Positions 24,477 through 31,585 of a DNA stretch of 32,000 bases are shown here, one piece after another; within the stretch, counting starts at the first letter, position 1; each line of letters starts with the position of its first letter. The stretch spans positions 2,400,001-2,432,000 of the forward strand of contig NZ_CP027570.1 in assembly GCF_003010495.1 (NCBI RefSeq). The letters are read 5' to 3'. Source of the DNA: Megasphaera elsdenii DSM 20460. Its GTDB lineage: Bacteria; Bacillota; Negativicutes; Veillonellales; Megasphaeraceae. Both the position numbers and the translations under genes were made by a program. The notes under the pieces were generated by a model. That model saw only the letters and a list, made by a program, of their open reading frames with translations, had not been told where the DNA came from and searched no databases.

Positions 24477-24519
24477 AAAAAAATCTCCTTTCCATAGCTA
24501 GCATAGCATGGAAAGGAGA
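24477..24519 (-). terminator. Perfect 12-bp hairpin plus T7 run abutting the pilB start codon; the 3' arm contains the pilB SD
   Basis: The minus strand reads TCTCCTTTCCAT-gctatgctagct-ATGGAAAGGAGA-TTTTTTT-ATG. Arms are at 24519-24508 and 24495-24484, the T run at 24483-24477, and the ATG at 24476-24474. Confidence 0.6.
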
Positions 24520-24575
24520 CGGTCTGACAAAATTTAATCGTTCTCTAATGGAAAATCGGAAAATTTAAGGATTCC

Positions 24576-24725
24576 TTAATCTTCCGCTTCGTCCTGCGTT
24601 TCTTTGTTGCGGATTTCACTGAGTTTTTCCGCTAATTCATGGAAGGTCTTCTGATAGAGCTCTTCCTTCTTCTTTTTTTCTTCGCCTGCATCGATGGTCT
24701 TCGCCATTTGTTCCCAAAAACTCAT
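24576..24725 (-). CDS. Small acidic hypothetical protein, 49 aa
   Basis: MSFWEQMAKTIDAGEEKKKKEELYQKTFHELAEKLSEIRNKETQDEAED. AGGGGGAA SD lies 7 nt upstream of ATG 24725, and it has its own promoter-like motif. No family recognised. The longer track ORF (24818) would start inside the promoter. Confidence 0.45.
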   Translation of the reverse strand: MSFWEQMAKTIDAGEEKKKKEELYQKTFHELAEKLSEIRNKETQDEAED

Positions 24726-24774
24726 AGGTAATTCCCCCTTTGATAAAAGATAAAGTAACGATAATATTGTCTTT

Positions 24775-24804
24775 ATTATACGGCAAAGGGATAGTCTCAT
24801 GCAA
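24775..24804 (-). promoter_or_regulatory. Sigma70-type promoter (TTGCAT-N18-TATAAT) upstream of the small ORF and the pilus cluster
   Basis: On the minus strand, TTGCAT (24804-24799), an 18-nt spacer, then TATAAT (24780-24775), in the AT-rich gap after the trkH stop. Confidence 0.5.
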
Positions 24805-24818
24805 GGGATTCCCCCCAA

Positions 24819-26273
24819 TTACCAGCTGTTGCGGTGGCGCCAGAAAGACGGCATGAGGATGGCCAGGACCGGAAAGGCTTCCAGCCGGCCCATGAGCATG
24901 GAAAAGCAGAGGGCGACCTTGCTGAGCGGCGGCAGGGCCGAACAAGTCGCGGTCGCGCCGAACTGGCCGAAGCCCGGTCCGCAGCTGCCCATCGTCGATA
25001 CGCTGAGGCCGATGGCATCGAAGATGGCCACGCCGTCAAAGACCAGGATGAACGTCCAGAGGACGCCGAGCATGGTATAGACGAAGAAGAATCTGGCCAC
25101 GCCATAAATGAGGTCCATCGAGAATTCTTCGCCATTGGAACGGATGTGCAGGACCAGGTTGGGATGCATCTTCTGACGGATGATGGCAGCAAGGGTCTTG
25201 ACCAGCAGCATGATACGCGTGACCTTCAGGCCGCCTGTCGTCGAACCGGCGCAGCCGCCGACGAACATCAAGACCAGGAGGATGAACTTCGAGAAGACCG
25301 GCCACTGGTCGAAGTCGTTGGAGACAAACCCCGTCGACGACGAAATGGACACGGACTGGAAAAAGGCCTGGCGCAGGGATTCGACGCCATCCCATTGCTG
25401 GGCTAAGACGAGGTCGAGGCTCATCGCCGCCGTCGCCACGGCGACGATGGCCAGATAGACGCGAAATTCCGTGTCGTCCAGGATGACTTTAAAGCCCTTC
25501 TGCCAAGCGGCGACGTACATGCCGAAGTTGGCACTGCTGATGAGCATGAAGAAAGAAAGACACAGTTCAATAACGGGGCTGTGGAAATGGGCCACACTGT
25601 CATTATACGGCGAAAAGCCGCCCGTCGCGATGGTCGCGAAGGCATGGTCGGCGGCGATGAGGAACGGCATGCCGCAGAGCATGAAGACAAGCGTCGAAAC
25701 AATCGTAAAGGCGACATACACCGTAAACAGGGCCTTGGCCATTTCCTTGATGCGCGGCAAGGTCCGGTCCGACCGGGGACCCGTGCTTTCGGCGTTGAAC
25801 ATGTGGACGATGCCCTTGCCGAACTGCGGAAAGACGGCGATGAAGATGACGATGATGCCCAAGCCGCCGAACCAGTGGGTCAGGGCCCGCCAGAGGACCA
25901 GGCTGGCCGGCAGGCCTTCGATGTCGTCGATGACCGTCGCCCCCGTGCCGGACAGGCCGGAAATACATTCAAAGATGCTGTCCAGGACGGACAAATAGCC
26001 GCCGGCGGCATAGGGAATCATCCCCAGCAAGGTAATCATGATCCAGCCCAGGGCCGTAATGGCCACGCCTTCGCGGACAGTCAGGCTGTCGGTCGGCCGA
26101 TGGCCCTGCCCCATGAACAGGCGCCCCAGGAAGAGACTGATGACGATGGCCACCAGGAACGCCATGAGGCTGCTTTCCCCATAAAAAAGGGCGACAACAA
26201 AGGGAATCATCAGAGCCAGGCCGCAGGCCTGGGCCAATTTCCCCAAGACGAATAAAATAATCCGTATATTCAT
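24819..26273 (-). CDS. trkH: TrkH-family K+ uptake membrane protein (copy 2 of the tandem pair)
   Basis: 484 aa, polytopic. Repeated pore-loop motifs SGLSGTGATV, TIATGGFSP, SSSTGFVS and GGCAGSTTGGLKV are characteristic of TrkH/KtrB. AGGAGG SD. Confidence 0.9.
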   Translation of the reverse strand: MNIRIILFVLGKLAQACGLALMIPFVVALFYGESSLMAFLVAIVISLFLGRLFMGQGHRPTDSLTVREGVAITALGWIMITLLGMIPYAAGGYLSVLDSIFECISGLSGTGATVIDDIEGLPASLVLWRALTHWFGGLGIIVIFIAVFPQFGKGIVHMFNAESTGPRSDRTLPRIKEMAKALFTVYVAFTIVSTLVFMLCGMPFLIAADHAFATIATGGFSPYNDSVAHFHSPVIELCLSFFMLISSANFGMYVAAWQKGFKVILDDTEFRVYLAIVAVATAAMSLDLVLAQQWDGVESLRQAFFQSVSISSSTGFVSNDFDQWPVFSKFILLVLMFVGGCAGSTTGGLKVTRIMLLVKTLAAIIRQKMHPNLVLHIRSNGEEFSMDLIYGVARFFFVYTMLGVLWTFILVFDGVAIFDAIGLSVSTMGSCGPGFGQFGATATCSALPPLSKVALCFSMLMGRLEAFPVLAILMPSFWRHRNSW

Positions 26274-26283
26274 GATGCACCTC

Positions 26284-27738
26284 CTACCAGCGCCGCCGCA
26301 GATACCCGAATGCGGTCTGGATGACGACGAGGAAGGAAAAGATTTCGACGCGTCCTAAAATCATGAGGAAACTGCAATAAATCTTAGTCCATGCCGGCAA
26401 GACAGAGACATCGGCTACGCCAAAGAGGTCCATCGTCGAACCGACACTGGACAGGCAGCCGACGGCCATGCCCATAGCCTGCATGGGCGTGACGCCGGAC
26501 AAAGAGATGATCAGCATGGAAACAAAAAACGTCGCCATGAACAGGAAAAAATAACTGAGGACGCGGCTGATGATCTTCATGTCGACAGGGACGCCGTCGA
26601 CCTTCAGGGAAATGACCATATGCGGATGCAGGGTCCGGCGCATTTCCTGAGCCGCCATCTTAAAGAGGACCATGAAGCGCATGACCCGGAGGCCGCCCGT
26701 AGCCGAACCGATACAGCCGCCGACAAAGGCCAATGCGAAGAGGACGTATTTATCAAATTCCGGCCAGTCCTGATACGATGCCGAGGCAAACCCGCTGGTG
26801 CTGCTGAAGGACAGGACCTGGAAAAAGCCGTAGCGCAGGTTGTCCCAGCCGTCATAGACGCCGAAACGCCATAAATGGAAAGACACGACGAGTCCTGCGG
26901 CCACCAGGACCGCCAGGAATACCTGCAGCTCCGCATCCTTGAAGAGTCCCTTGAAATCGCGCCGTTCCCAGCCCTTCCAGTAGAGCAGGAAATTACCGCT
27001 GGCCAGGAGCATGGAGACGGCACCGACGGCTTCCAGGGCCAGGCTGTCATAGCGGGAAAAATCGAAGAGGGCGTCGCCGCCGCTGGTCGACATGGTCATG
27101 AACCCCTGGTTGATGGCCATTCCCAAAGGCAGGCCGGCCAGCCAGTACAGGAGCATGGAAAAGGCCGTAATGGCCAGGTAGATGCGTCCGGCCTGGCGGG
27201 CCGCTTCCTGCATGCGGGCGACCATGGGACTGAAGGCCACGCTCTGGTGAACCGACAGGGTCAGGCCGAAACAGCCGCTGACCTGGGGCATGACCGAAAC
27301 TAGCATGAGGATGAAATTGAGGCCGCCGAGCCATTCCATGAGGCTGTGCCATAACAAGAGGGACTGCGGCAGGGCTGCCCCGCCATCAGCCAGGCATGAC
27401 GTCCCCGTCGTCGTAAAAGCCGACACACTTTCAAAGAAGGCATCGACGGGCGACGCAAAGATACCGGCCATGACATAGGGAATCATGCCCAGGAGTCCCA
27501 AGAGGACCCAGGCCGATACCATGTACCAGGCCCCTTCGCCCGGTCCCAGGTGGCGCTTGTGATGGCGGCCGCGGTACTGGCAGAACGCCGCCACCATCAA
27601 GGCAGCCGCCAGGGCCGGAGCAAAATAGCGGAGCCCCGCTTCGCCCCACCACCAGGCAGCCAGCATGGGAATGACCAGGGCCAGGCCATTGATCAGGGCC
27701 AGGCGGCTGACGAGATAAAAGACGATACTGCGGTTCAT
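26284..27738 (-). CDS. trkH: TrkH-family K+ uptake membrane protein (copy 1)
   Basis: MNRSIVFYLVSRLALINGLALVIPML... with SAFTTTGTS, MSTSGGD, SSTSGFAS and GGCIGSATGGLRV. Start at ATG 27738, 2 nt after the trkA stop, is preferred over the track start at 27885 inside trkA. Confidence 0.9.
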   Translation of the reverse strand: MNRSIVFYLVSRLALINGLALVIPMLAAWWWGEAGLRYFAPALAAALMVAAFCQYRGRHHKRHLGPGEGAWYMVSAWVLLGLLGMIPYVMAGIFASPVDAFFESVSAFTTTGTSCLADGGAALPQSLLLWHSLMEWLGGLNFILMLVSVMPQVSGCFGLTLSVHQSVAFSPMVARMQEAARQAGRIYLAITAFSMLLYWLAGLPLGMAINQGFMTMSTSGGDALFDFSRYDSLALEAVGAVSMLLASGNFLLYWKGWERRDFKGLFKDAELQVFLAVLVAAGLVVSFHLWRFGVYDGWDNLRYGFFQVLSFSSTSGFASASYQDWPEFDKYVLFALAFVGGCIGSATGGLRVMRFMVLFKMAAQEMRRTLHPHMVISLKVDGVPVDMKIISRVLSYFFLFMATFFVSMLIISLSGVTPMQAMGMAVGCLSSVGSTMDLFGVADVSVLPAWTKIYCSFLMILGRVEIFSFLVVIQTAFGYLRRRW

Positions 27739-27740
27739 GA

Positions 27741-29087
27741 TTATTCCCTGCCTTTGAAGTACTTCATGACCTTCTTGGAGTACTCGGTCTGGATGAAGAG
27801 GATGATCCGGTCCCCGGCCATGAGGACAGACTGGCCATTGGGGATATAGGCTTCGCCGTCGCGGACATAGGCGCAGACCAGACATTCCTTGGGCAGGCGG
27901 ACATCCATGAGGCGTTTACCGGCTACGGGAGCCCCGTCCTGTACGATGACTTCCACCGCTTCGGCCTTGGCCCCTTCCAGGAGGGAAACAGAGACGACGC
28001 CGCCGCGGCGGGCAAAGGCCAGGACTTCACTGGCCGACAAGAGGCGCGTCGACAAGACGATGTCGACGCCGACTTTTTCCATGAGGTCGCTGTATTCGAT
28101 GCGCGATACGCGGACGATGGTCTTCTTGGCGCCCAGGTGTTTGGCGATGAGGGCCAGCATGAGGTTCAGCCGGTCGTCATCGGTCAGGCAGATGACGACG
28201 TCTGCATCGGCGATGCCTTCCTGTTCCAACAGGTCGATATCCGTACCGTCGCCGTAGATAGCCAGGCCATTGTCCAAGAGTTCTGCCGCCTGACGGCAGC
28301 GTTCGCGGTCTTTATCGAAAATCTTGACCTTGATGCCTTCCTTATCGAGCATGGGCGCCAGAAAGCGGCCGGTCCGGCCGGCACCGATGATGATGACCCG
28401 TTCGACCATTTTCGTATCGCTGGGAACGAAGTTCTTGCTGAATTTCTCGATGGCCTTGGGATCGCCGATGAAGTAGGCATTGTCCCGCGGAAACAGGCAG
28501 TCATCGCCGTGAGGGATGATCATGCGGTGGTCGCGGAAAATCATGCCTGCCAGGATAGACGGCGGCATGTTCATGTCTTTAAAGGGAATGTTGATGAGCG
28601 GCGAATGGCGGCGAACCTTGGTTTCAAAAAGCCGCACCTTGCCATTGGCGAAATCTTCGACGTTGAGCGCTGCCGGCGTCATGAGGATGCGGTTGATTTC
28701 GCGGGCCGTAATCATTTCCGGGTTGAGCATGAGGTCGATGTCGAAATTCTGCTTGAGATAATCCTTGGCTTCCGACAGGAACTGCATGTCCCGGATACGG
28801 GCTGCCGTATATTTGATGCCGTGCTTCTTGGCCATGATGCAGGCCACCATATTCACTTCATCGACGGCCGTGCAGGCGACGAGGATATCGGCACCGCGGA
28901 TGTCCGGGTCATTCATGGTGATCGGGCTGGCCCCGTTGGCCAGGACCGTCAACACATCGAGATTATTCTTGACGACTTCCAGCCGTTCTTCATTATGGTC
29001 GACGACGACGACGTCGAATTGTTCATTCGATAACAGCTCGGCAATACTGTACCCCAGTTTGCCAGCCCCTACGACAACAATACGCAA
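27741..29087 (-). CDS. trkA: Trk system K+ uptake protein TrkA (two RCK/NAD-binding modules)
   Basis: TTG start 8 nt after an AAGGAGG SD. MRIVVVGAGKLGYSIAELL...VVVVD and a second Rossmann fold VIIIGAGRTGRFLAPML...KIFD, each followed by a TrkA-C domain. Confidence 0.9.
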   Translation of the reverse strand: MRIVVVGAGKLGYSIAELLSNEQFDVVVVDHNEERLEVVKNNLDVLTVLANGASPITMNDPDIRGADILVACTAVDEVNMVACIMAKKHGIKYTAARIRDMQFLSEAKDYLKQNFDIDLMLNPEMITAREINRILMTPAALNVEDFANGKVRLFETKVRRHSPLINIPFKDMNMPPSILAGMIFRDHRMIIPHGDDCLFPRDNAYFIGDPKAIEKFSKNFVPSDTKMVERVIIIGAGRTGRFLAPMLDKEGIKVKIFDKDRERCRQAAELLDNGLAIYGDGTDIDLLEQEGIADADVVICLTDDDRLNLMLALIAKHLGAKKTIVRVSRIEYSDLMEKVGVDIVLSTRLLSASEVLAFARRGGVVSVSLLEGAKAEAVEVIVQDGAPVAGKRLMDVRLPKECLVCAYVRDGEAYIPNGQSVLMAGDRIILFIQTEYSKKVMKYFKGRE

Positions 29088-29106
29088 AGGAAAGACCTCC
29101 TTAAAA

Positions 29107-29194
29107 GTTTGATGTTGAAAGTTTGATGTTTGATGTACGAAGGTGAAAATTTAAAAGCATCACCTCAGACTTCAAACGTCAAACTTCAAACATT
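29107..29194. repeat. Long imperfect palindrome built from TTTGA(A/T/C)G heptads in the trkA leader/promoter region
   Basis: The left arm 29107-29146 (GTTTGATGTTGAAAGTTTGATGTTTGATGTACGAAGGTGA) is largely complementary to the right arm 29160-29194 (TCACCTCAGACTTCAAACGTCAAACTTCAAACATT). The core is AGGTGA/TCACCT, with 14 of 16 positions matching in the adjacent block. It ends about 10 nt before the trkA SD. Confidence 0.65.
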
Positions 29195-29196
29195 AA

Positions 29197-29246
29197 GAAA
29201 AAAGGGGCTCCACATGACGGCGCAAACCACCATGTTCCAGCCCCTA
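29197..29246 (-). terminator. Intrinsic terminator downstream of the truncated gene fragment
   Basis: The minus strand reads GGGGCTGGAACATG-N11-CATGTGGAGCCCC, a stem with a 2-nt internal mismatch, followed by TTTTTTCTT. Confidence 0.5.
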
Positions 29247-29303
29247 CAAATAGTATCACATTTTATCGTTTTTGTACATCTTTCCCTTTTACCGCCCTAG
29301 CCC

Positions 29304-29552
29304 TTAGAAAAGGCCCAGTTGTTCGTATTCGTCGAGGCGGGCCAAGCTTTCGGGATGGTGTTCTTCAAAAAAGGCCGTCTTGATTTCCTTATCCGGTACC
29401 AGGACTTTCCCCTTCTTGTTGGCCATTTCGGCGAAGCGGCAGCTGTAGACGACAGGGAAATACTTGCGGATGAAACCGCCCTCCTGATGGGCCGTCAAGG
29501 CGAGAATCTGGAAGCCCAGCTGCTTGGCGATGAAGAAGACCGGACTGAATTC
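29304..29552 (-). pseudogene. C-terminal fragment (up to 82 codons) of an unidentified gene, truncated at its 5' side by the tnpB remnant
   Basis: The frame is open only from 29552: EFSPVFFIAKQLGFQILALTAHQEGGFIRKYFPVVYSCRFAEMANKKGKVLVPDKEIKTAFFEEHHPESLARLDEYEQLGLF*. An in-frame TGA lies immediately upstream, and there is no SD or plausible start apart from a TTG at 29498. Family not recognised. Confidence 0.4.
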
Positions 29553-29730
29553 TCAAAGGGCTGTCCAAAAGCCCCTTACACAGTCCCTCGAAATCGAAGT
29601 TCTGCTTACTTTTACGGAGTATGTTGTATGCTCCATTCACATCCGCGTTGGCCATCCTGCCATCGGCTAAGAGCGCCGCTACAGCAGGCCGGAAACGGCG
29701 GTAATCCCAGGAAGCAAAAGCGGCCTGCAT
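29553..29730 (-). mobile_element. tnpB: Remnant of the 3' end of an IS200/IS605-family tnpB (OrfB) gene
   Basis: Translation ...RRFRPAVAALLADGRMANADVNGAYNILRKSKQNFDFEGLCKGLLDSPLRI. NADVNGAYNILRK (29611-29649) matches the C-terminal RuvC-III motif of TnpB. The Zn-finger cysteines expected just upstream are absent, and the other ~350 codons of tnpB are missing. Confidence 0.55.
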
Positions 29731-29811
29731 AACGCTTCTCCTCCTCTTGTCTGCCAGTCTTCTCTTTGATGGTAACACAGACCCAGCAGGAAAGGACACG
29801 GTTTTCCGCCT

Positions 29812-31458
29812 TTACGACCGCGGGGCCAGGTGTTGTTTCTTTTCATACATCCTGGCGTCGGCCCGGTTAAAGACGGCCTGATACGTGGCATCGCAGTTCT
29901 TGTCGTAGACGGCCATACCGGCCGAGGCGGCAATCTGGGTCCACGGCTGAGCGGCTTTCAAATCGCGGATGCGTTCGAAAGCCTGGACTTTTTGGAACAA
30001 AGCGTCCCGGTTATCGTAGTCCTCGCCTTCGAGGATGACGACGAATTCGTCGCCGCCGATGCGGTAAACCGGACTGTGCTTGTAAAGGCGGCAGACGGCC
30101 CGACACAAAGTCTGCAAAGCGATGTTCCCTTTTTCATGACCAAAGCGGTCGTTGACTTCCTTGAGCTGGTTCAAATCGACCATGACTACGGCAAAGGCAG
30201 CTTGGCCGGCGGAGATTTTCTGATTCAGGTCGTATACCTTCTTATCGTAAGCGGCAACGTTCTTCACAGACGTCAGTTCATCTTGATAGGCCTGTTTCTG
30301 CATGGCGCCAACGTAGTTTCGCATCCGTTCCATCGTATCGTTCATGTGGCTGGCCAGGCTGCCGATTTCATCGTGACCGGTATAGGTCAGATGCTGGTCG
30401 TATTCCCCGCGGCCCAGGCGGCGGGCAGCTGCGCTGATATCCTGCAAAGGACGGACGATGCGGTCGGCCGCCTTCACAGCTAGGATGGTCGAACCCAGGC
30501 CGACGACGATTGTAATGGCCAGGACCAGGAAGATCATCGTCCGGCGGCCGGCGTAGATTTCATCGGCCGGCGCTGTAATGGCCAGTTTCATACCATTACG
30601 AAAAGTGGTGAAGGCTAAGGCCATGGGTATGCCTTTATACTCGTAATGGATCAGCTTTTGTTCCGTTGCCGACCGCTGCAGCAGGTCACCGTTTTGGAGA
30701 ATCATAAAATCCGGATTAAAATCAGGCTCAATGCCTTTGCCATCGGGATGGAAATAGACGGTCTGCCCATCTTTGAACAAAAAGCCATAGCCATCCTGAT
30801 AGGCTTTCATGGCTCCGACGACGTCGCAGAGCACGTTGAAATCGATGTCGACGCCGGCGACGGCGACGAACTGGCCTTTGACGAAGATAGGCATGACATA
30901 GGTAATCATACGGACGCCGTTATTACCATTGATATACGGTTCGAGCCATTGGGCCTGTTTCGTCCGCAAAGGCCGGTAATACCAGTTCGTCCGGTTCACG
31001 GCTTTTTCTCCATAGGCTTTGACCGGCGTAATCGGCTGAATCGTAAAATCGTAGCGCGAATTGCGGCGGGCATACCAGAAGCCGTCGGGCGTACCGGATA
31101 TATCTTCATTGTAGTGGAGATAATAACCCTGAACGCCGTCGATACCGCTGATGGCATTATAAAAAGACCGCCGGACCTTGTCTTCCAAGCGGTCCCGATA
31201 CGCTTTATCGCGCAGTTCCTGCGGGTCCTTGACTTCGTGTTCGATCGTGTTGCCGATGTAATGGACGATATCTTCAGACTGGATGAAAATGGGGTTCAAC
31301 GTCGTATAGACATGAGCTGCCTGACCATTGAGCGTCCTGGCGGCAATGATGGTTTCATCGTGATCGACGAGAATGACAGCGAGGGCGCCAAAGACCATGG
31401 ACAGCGTCAGCGACACGCCGCAGATGATAGTCAGGAATCGCGAGCGGATCGTCTGCAT
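29812..31458 (-). CDS. Diguanylate cyclase: N-terminal TM, periplasmic Cache-like sensor, TM, HAMP, GGDEF
   Basis: RFLTIICGVSLTLSMVFGALAVILV (TM1), a ~270-aa extracytoplasmic domain, then TM2 MIFLVLAITIVVGLGSTILAV. HAMP: IVRPLQDISAAARRLGRGEYD...DEIGSLASHMNDTMERM. GGDEF domain: DELTSVKN...FAVVMVDLNQLKEVNDRFGHEKGN...RIGGDEFVVIL. ATG 31458 (AGGAGG SD 8 nt upstream) is preferred over GTG 31461. Confidence 0.9.
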   Translation of the reverse strand: MQTIRSRFLTIICGVSLTLSMVFGALAVILVDHDETIIAARTLNGQAAHVYTTLNPIFIQSEDIVHYIGNTIEHEVKDPQELRDKAYRDRLEDKVRRSFYNAISGIDGVQGYYLHYNEDISGTPDGFWYARRNSRYDFTIQPITPVKAYGEKAVNRTNWYYRPLRTKQAQWLEPYINGNNGVRMITYVMPIFVKGQFVAVAGVDIDFNVLCDVVGAMKAYQDGYGFLFKDGQTVYFHPDGKGIEPDFNPDFMILQNGDLLQRSATEQKLIHYEYKGIPMALAFTTFRNGMKLAITAPADEIYAGRRTMIFLVLAITIVVGLGSTILAVKAADRIVRPLQDISAAARRLGRGEYDQHLTYTGHDEIGSLASHMNDTMERMRNYVGAMQKQAYQDELTSVKNVAAYDKKVYDLNQKISAGQAAFAVVMVDLNQLKEVNDRFGHEKGNIALQTLCRAVCRLYKHSPVYRIGGDEFVVILEGEDYDNRDALFQKVQAFERIRDLKAAQPWTQIAASAGMAVYDKNCDATYQAVFNRADARMYEKKQHLAPRS

Positions 31459-31517
31459 CACAACCGCCTCCTCTCCCTATGTCTACTATATATAGCTATC
31501 CGTAATACTTTGTATTA

Positions 31518-31546
31518 ATTATAGTATAAGACAGGCAGAAGTACAA
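31518..31546 (-). promoter_or_regulatory. Sigma70-type promoter (TTGTAC-N17-TATAAT) for the GGDEF gene
   Basis: On the minus strand, TTGTAC (31546-31541), a 17-nt spacer, then TATAAT (31523-31518), about 55 nt upstream of the start codon. Confidence 0.5.
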
Positions 31547-31585
31547 GCCATTTCTACGACACCTGTCCTGCCAGCCACGGTGCTG

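Noticed and set aside
24477-24575. c-di-GMP riboswitch upstream of the pilus genes, as known for some clostridial T4P operons.
   Set aside because: The leader is only ~100 nt and AT-rich, and lacks the GC-rich conserved cores of GEMM-I/II. Only the single hairpin is evident.
29088-29300. c-di-AMP (ydaO/kimA-type) riboswitch expected upstream of a K+ transporter operon.
   Set aside because: None of the conserved ydaO blocks (ACGGGGA, GGGGUGAAUC-like pseudo-symmetric halves) is present. The leader is AT-rich heptad repeats instead.
29679-29933. 84-aa minus-strand ORF spanning the GGDEF stop and the region upstream of the tnpB remnant.
   Set aside because: It overlaps the 3' end of the well-supported GGDEF gene out of frame. 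Its sequence is Pro/Arg/Trp-rich, and no start signals are present.
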